Below the pieces are notes generated by a model that was not told the DNA's origin, did not search any database, and saw only the letters and a program-made list of their open reading frames with translations. From Cyanobacteria bacterium P01_F01_bin.150 (GTDB lineage Bacteria > Cyanobacteriota > Cyanobacteriia > CAKZMO01), in NCBI GenBank assembly GCA_039189765.1, contig JBCCYL010000007.1, positions 64,001-128,000 of the forward strand: a stretch of DNA of 64,000 nucleotides, in the 5' to 3' direction. The translations under genes were made by a program, and so were the position numbers. Below are positions 61,103 through 64,000 of the stretch, one piece after another (position 1 is the stretch's first letter; each line of letters opens with the position of its first letter).

Positions 61103-61816
61103 TTACTCGGCTGTTGCCAATTCAGTGCTGCCCTTAGTCCGACGACGGGTAAGAGTATTAAATAGCATCCGACCAATAGCTTTGACCAAGTTTCCTTCCA
61201 GCTCATTGAACAGCTTCATGTTCATACCAAAAGCGTCGTTGGCTTCATCCACGATTCTCTCTGCGGTAGCTTCATCTATGGGTAGATTATCCATCGCATT
61301 GCGATACATGTCCTTGAATGCCTTTTCGTCTGTGATGGTAGGAAACTCATAAAATGCAGTTCCACCTTCATCCAAGTTCATCGCACGTTGGGCAATCTTC
61401 TTTAGGATTTGACCACCAGACAGGTCTCCCAGATAACGAGTGTATGAATGTGCAACCATTAGCTCAGGCTCCTTGGCTGCAATTTCATGAATCCGATCGA
61501 CATAGGCTTGGCCCATAGGAGAAATTTCAATTTGCTCCTTCCAATCAGCACCATAATAAAACTCTAAGTCTTTCTCTAAGCTTTCCTTCCGATCAAGCTC
61601 AGTGAAGTAAATTTTTGATAGCACTGGATGGTCGCTATTATTTGCCATCTCTTCTTCAATGGCAGAATATACAAAATAAAGGTTAGTGACTAACTTCCGA
61701 TAGGACTTTTTCTCTACAACACCCTTGAGGAAGCACTTTACAAATCCAACATTCTCAGCCATGGTGTGAGACTTTTTAGTCCCTTCGCGCAGTTTAGTTG
61801 CTAGATTGACACTCAT
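61103..61816 (-). CDS. ho1: Heme oxygenase 1 (biliverdin-producing)
   Basis: LREGTKKSHTMAEN, AHSYTRYLGDLSGGQILK and EANDAFGMN motifs. Confidence 0.96.
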   Translation of the reverse strand: MSVNLATKLREGTKKSHTMAENVGFVKCFLKGVVEKKSYRKLVTNLYFVYSAIEEEMANNSDHPVLSKIYFTELDRKESLEKDLEFYYGADWKEQIEISPMGQAYVDRIHEIAAKEPELMVAHSYTRYLGDLSGGQILKKIAQRAMNLDEGGTAFYEFPTITDEKAFKDMYRNAMDNLPIDEATAERIVDEANDAFGMNMKLFNELEGNLVKAIGRMLFNTLTRRRTKGSTELATAE

Positions 61817-61932
61817 TCTAAATTCCTTAACCGTTGTCCCAGTACAAAAGTTTTTTACGAGAGATTGATGTTTCGCAACCTCTATTTATATGAGGGAGCT
61901 TTATTCCCTATTTGCTTAACAATAGACTGATT

Positions 61933-61947
61933 TGAGAATCATTTTCA
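61933..61947. promoter_or_regulatory. Fur-type 7-1-7 box upstream of ho1
   Basis: TGAGAAT-C-ATTTTCA versus consensus TGATAAT-N-ATTATCA (one mismatch per arm). Confidence 0.55.
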
Positions 61948-62319
61948 TTAAAAAACATTACATTCGATCTAGAAACCATATACCCTGAGGCTTAGTAATC
62001 AGCTAGAGAAATGCTTGCAGTTCCACGCCTGCTTTAGTTGTAAGAATACAATTTTGTAGAAAGTTCTCATCTACCGCTTCGTGAAGTTGTTAAATCTTTT
62101 ACGTAGACGGATAGCAATGCCTTTTTATTGTAACATTTTTGAAATATAAATCATGGGGGTTGGTCCTTCTAAAAAATACTTTGTTTGCCTGATTTTCCAT
62201 TATGGTCAAACCTACCCATGAAGTGAGCGGTTACATCTTCAAATTGGCCAAGTGAGTCAGTTTTCCTTATCTTGGTAGGAAGTAGAAGACTGTGTTTGCA
62301 TCAGGACTACGGGAGTACT

Positions 62320-62967
62320 ATGTCACTATCTCAGGAGCTATGGCTTGCAAATCAAGATTTGATTCAGGCTAGTTTGGGGCACCCTTTTGTTCAGGGTATC
62401 GGCGAAGGAAGTTTGCCTCAACTCCAGTTTGCTTATTATGTGGGACAAGATGCCTTTTTTCTAGAAGCCTTTGCCCGTGCATACAGCATTGCGGCGGCTA
62501 AGGCCCCTGATTGGAACGGGTTTAAAGTTTTTCATGAACTTGCTCAAGGGGTGCTGGAGGAATTGGTACTGCATGAACGTTACGCTCAATCCTGGGAAGT
62601 CAATTTATCAGCGATTCAGCCCGGCAGTGCGACACGACAGTATACGGATTTTTTACTAGTGACTGCATGGAGCCAACCCATTGGCGTAACGGCAGTGGCG
62701 ATGTCTCCTTGTATGCGTCTGTATGCCTATTTGGGACAACAGTTGGCTCAGCAGGTTGAGCAAAATAACTGGAGTCCCCATGCCTACACAGACTGGATCA
62801 ACACCTATAGTGGCGATGAATTTGCTCCTCTGGTGCAGCAACTGGAATCGTTAGTTGAGCAATATGCTGAGGATACTGAGTTGGTTCGATCGACTTATCG
62901 CTATGCTATGGTGTGCGAACGGGATTTCTTTGATGCGGCTTGGAGGTTCACGCGTGATGCAAACTGA
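62320..62967 (+). CDS. tenA: TenA/THI-4 family protein (thiamine salvage)
   Basis: HPFVQGI, YYVGQDAFFL, PCMRLY, YTDWINTY and ERDFF motifs; ATG at 62320 follows GGGAG. Confidence 0.9.
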   Translation: MSLSQELWLANQDLIQASLGHPFVQGIGEGSLPQLQFAYYVGQDAFFLEAFARAYSIAAAKAPDWNGFKVFHELAQGVLEELVLHERYAQSWEVNLSAIQPGSATRQYTDFLLVTAWSQPIGVTAVAMSPCMRLYAYLGQQLAQQVEQNNWSPHAYTDWINTYSGDEFAPLVQQLESLVEQYAEDTELVRSTYRYAMVCERDFFDAAWRFTRDAN

Positions 62968-63034
62968 GCGCTAATCTAAAATAAAGCCTCCGGGATATAG
63001 CGTATGCTCCAGATGCTTTTGAGATAATCTAACA

Positions 63035-63071
63035 ATGAGAAACCGGGGCACTCAGTGCCCCGGTTTCTCAT
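63035..63071. terminator. Perfect 17-bp hairpin between convergent tenA and rpsU
   Basis: ATGAGAAACCGGGGCAC-TCA-GTGCCCCGGTTTCTCAT. Confidence 0.7.
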
Positions 63072-63135
63072 GCTCGAATACAATCCAGTAACACGGACAG
63101 CCTTATAAAATCGAAAAGATGTGTCGATAATCGAC

Positions 63136-63318
63136 TCAAAAGCTCCGCTTGTTTCGCCGTCGTCTCGCGATCGCCTTTCTCTTCCGCTTTTCAATAGGGG
63201 ATTCAAAATGACGACACTTCTTCATATCTGGAAACAAACCTGCTTTTGATACTTCACGTTTGAACCGACGTAAAGCAGATTCAATTCCTTCACTTTCACC
63301 AACAATCACTTGAGCCAT
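63136..63318 (-). CDS. rpsU: 30S ribosomal protein S21
   Basis: [15 protein letters not shown]...[24 protein letters not shown]. Confidence 0.96.
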   Translation of the reverse strand: MAQVIVGESEGIESALRRFKREVSKAGLFPDMKKCRHFESPIEKRKRKAIARRRRNKRSF

Positions 63319-63507
63319 CCAATCTCCTCCTTAATTACAGTGACCAGACTAGGAAAAAATGAGATGACCTTTACCCATCTACATGAAACCCCTATAGCCT
63401 AAAAAATATGTTTACAAGCAGATAACCTTAATGGAGCTTCCATAGAGGATACCCAAAACTATAGTGTAGCACTATAAATCTAATTCTATGGGACAAATTT
63501 AACCCAA

Positions 63508-64000
63508 TTAATTCTGATGTGAGCTTGTCCACGCAACGATGCCATCAGCAAGAGTCGTGACTAGTCGCTGTTGTTCTGTCGAATTAATTGCCCATTCAAA
63601 TTCATCTGGATTGATCATAAAACCTAGTTCCAGTAAAACTGCGGGAGCAGATGTAGGACGGGTTAATGCCAGATTGTTCCAAAACACCCCATAAGATGGG
63701 CGGTTGAGGTTGTCCACCAGATAATTGTGCAAAAAGACGGCTGGGCTATGAGCCTGGGTATTGTACCAAAAGGTGCCAATACCTGCGGTGTTAATGGCAT
63801 CGCCATCGTCTGGCAGGGCATTGTAATGAAGGCTAAGGGCCAAGTGGGGTTCGGTCGCCTGAATAAGCGAGGCGCGATCGCCAAGACTGACTGTTATGTC
63901 CTCTTCTCGGGACATAATCACCTCTGCCCCCCTCTGCTCCAGTTCATCGCGCAGCAGCAAGGACACATCTAAAACTACATCCTTTTCCGGATAGCCATTT
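63508..64000 (-). CDS. N-acetylmuramoyl-L-alanine amidase (Amidase_3), 3' part; starts beyond the right edge
   Basis: Frame open to the edge (NGYPEKDVVLDV); SLHYNA, NLALTRP and VLLELGFM motifs. Confidence 0.92.
   Translation of the reverse strand, partial: NGYPEKDVVLDVSLLLRDELEQRGAEVIMSREEDITVSLGDRASLIQATEPHLALSLHYNALPDDGDAINTAGIGTFWYNTQAHSPAVFLHNYLVDNLNRPSYGVFWNNLALTRPTSAPAVLLELGFMINPDEFEWAINSTEQQRLVTTLADGIVAWTSSHQN

Noticed and set aside
62100..62319. TPP riboswitch upstream of tenA (also checked before thiE)
   Set aside because: No CTGAGA...ACCTGA core is visible.

Overview
A 64-kb window of core cyanobacterial chromosome. Frequent HIP1 (GCGATCGC), hpsA-D and hetZ/patU suggest a filamentous, probably non-heterocystous, Leptolyngbya-like strain (inference). 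Left to right it carries two filamentous-haemagglutinin (TPS) paralogues, cbiB, a degenerate CapA-like protein and the hpsA + three pseudopilin locus. Then come thiE-thiS, folE-SDR-accA, aroH-sppA, a PfkB kinase, a GH5 and an orphan phycobiliprotein-like gene. After these lie an FHA / MscS-DEP / Ser-Thr kinase-TPR trio, wecB, hetZ-patU, an SGNH-like membrane protein, a GT2, a DHH-CBS tRNA nucleotidyltransferase, a pseudokinase, accC, ho1, tenA, rpsU and a partial amidase. The most unusual non-coding feature, at about 48.7-49.5 kb, is a pair of orphan CRISPR leader-repeat units (one solitary repeat and one repeat-spacer-repeat) with homologous leaders, a near-identical 25-nt trailer and no cas gene in the window. 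Also notable are a candidate sRNA downstream of a CRP-type box (~31.25 kb), a 49-bp tandem repeat, a Yfr1-complementary RBS and an uncharacterised module shared by two membrane proteins. I recognised no tRNA, rRNA, transposase or cas genes. All family calls come from motif recognition by eye, not database searches.
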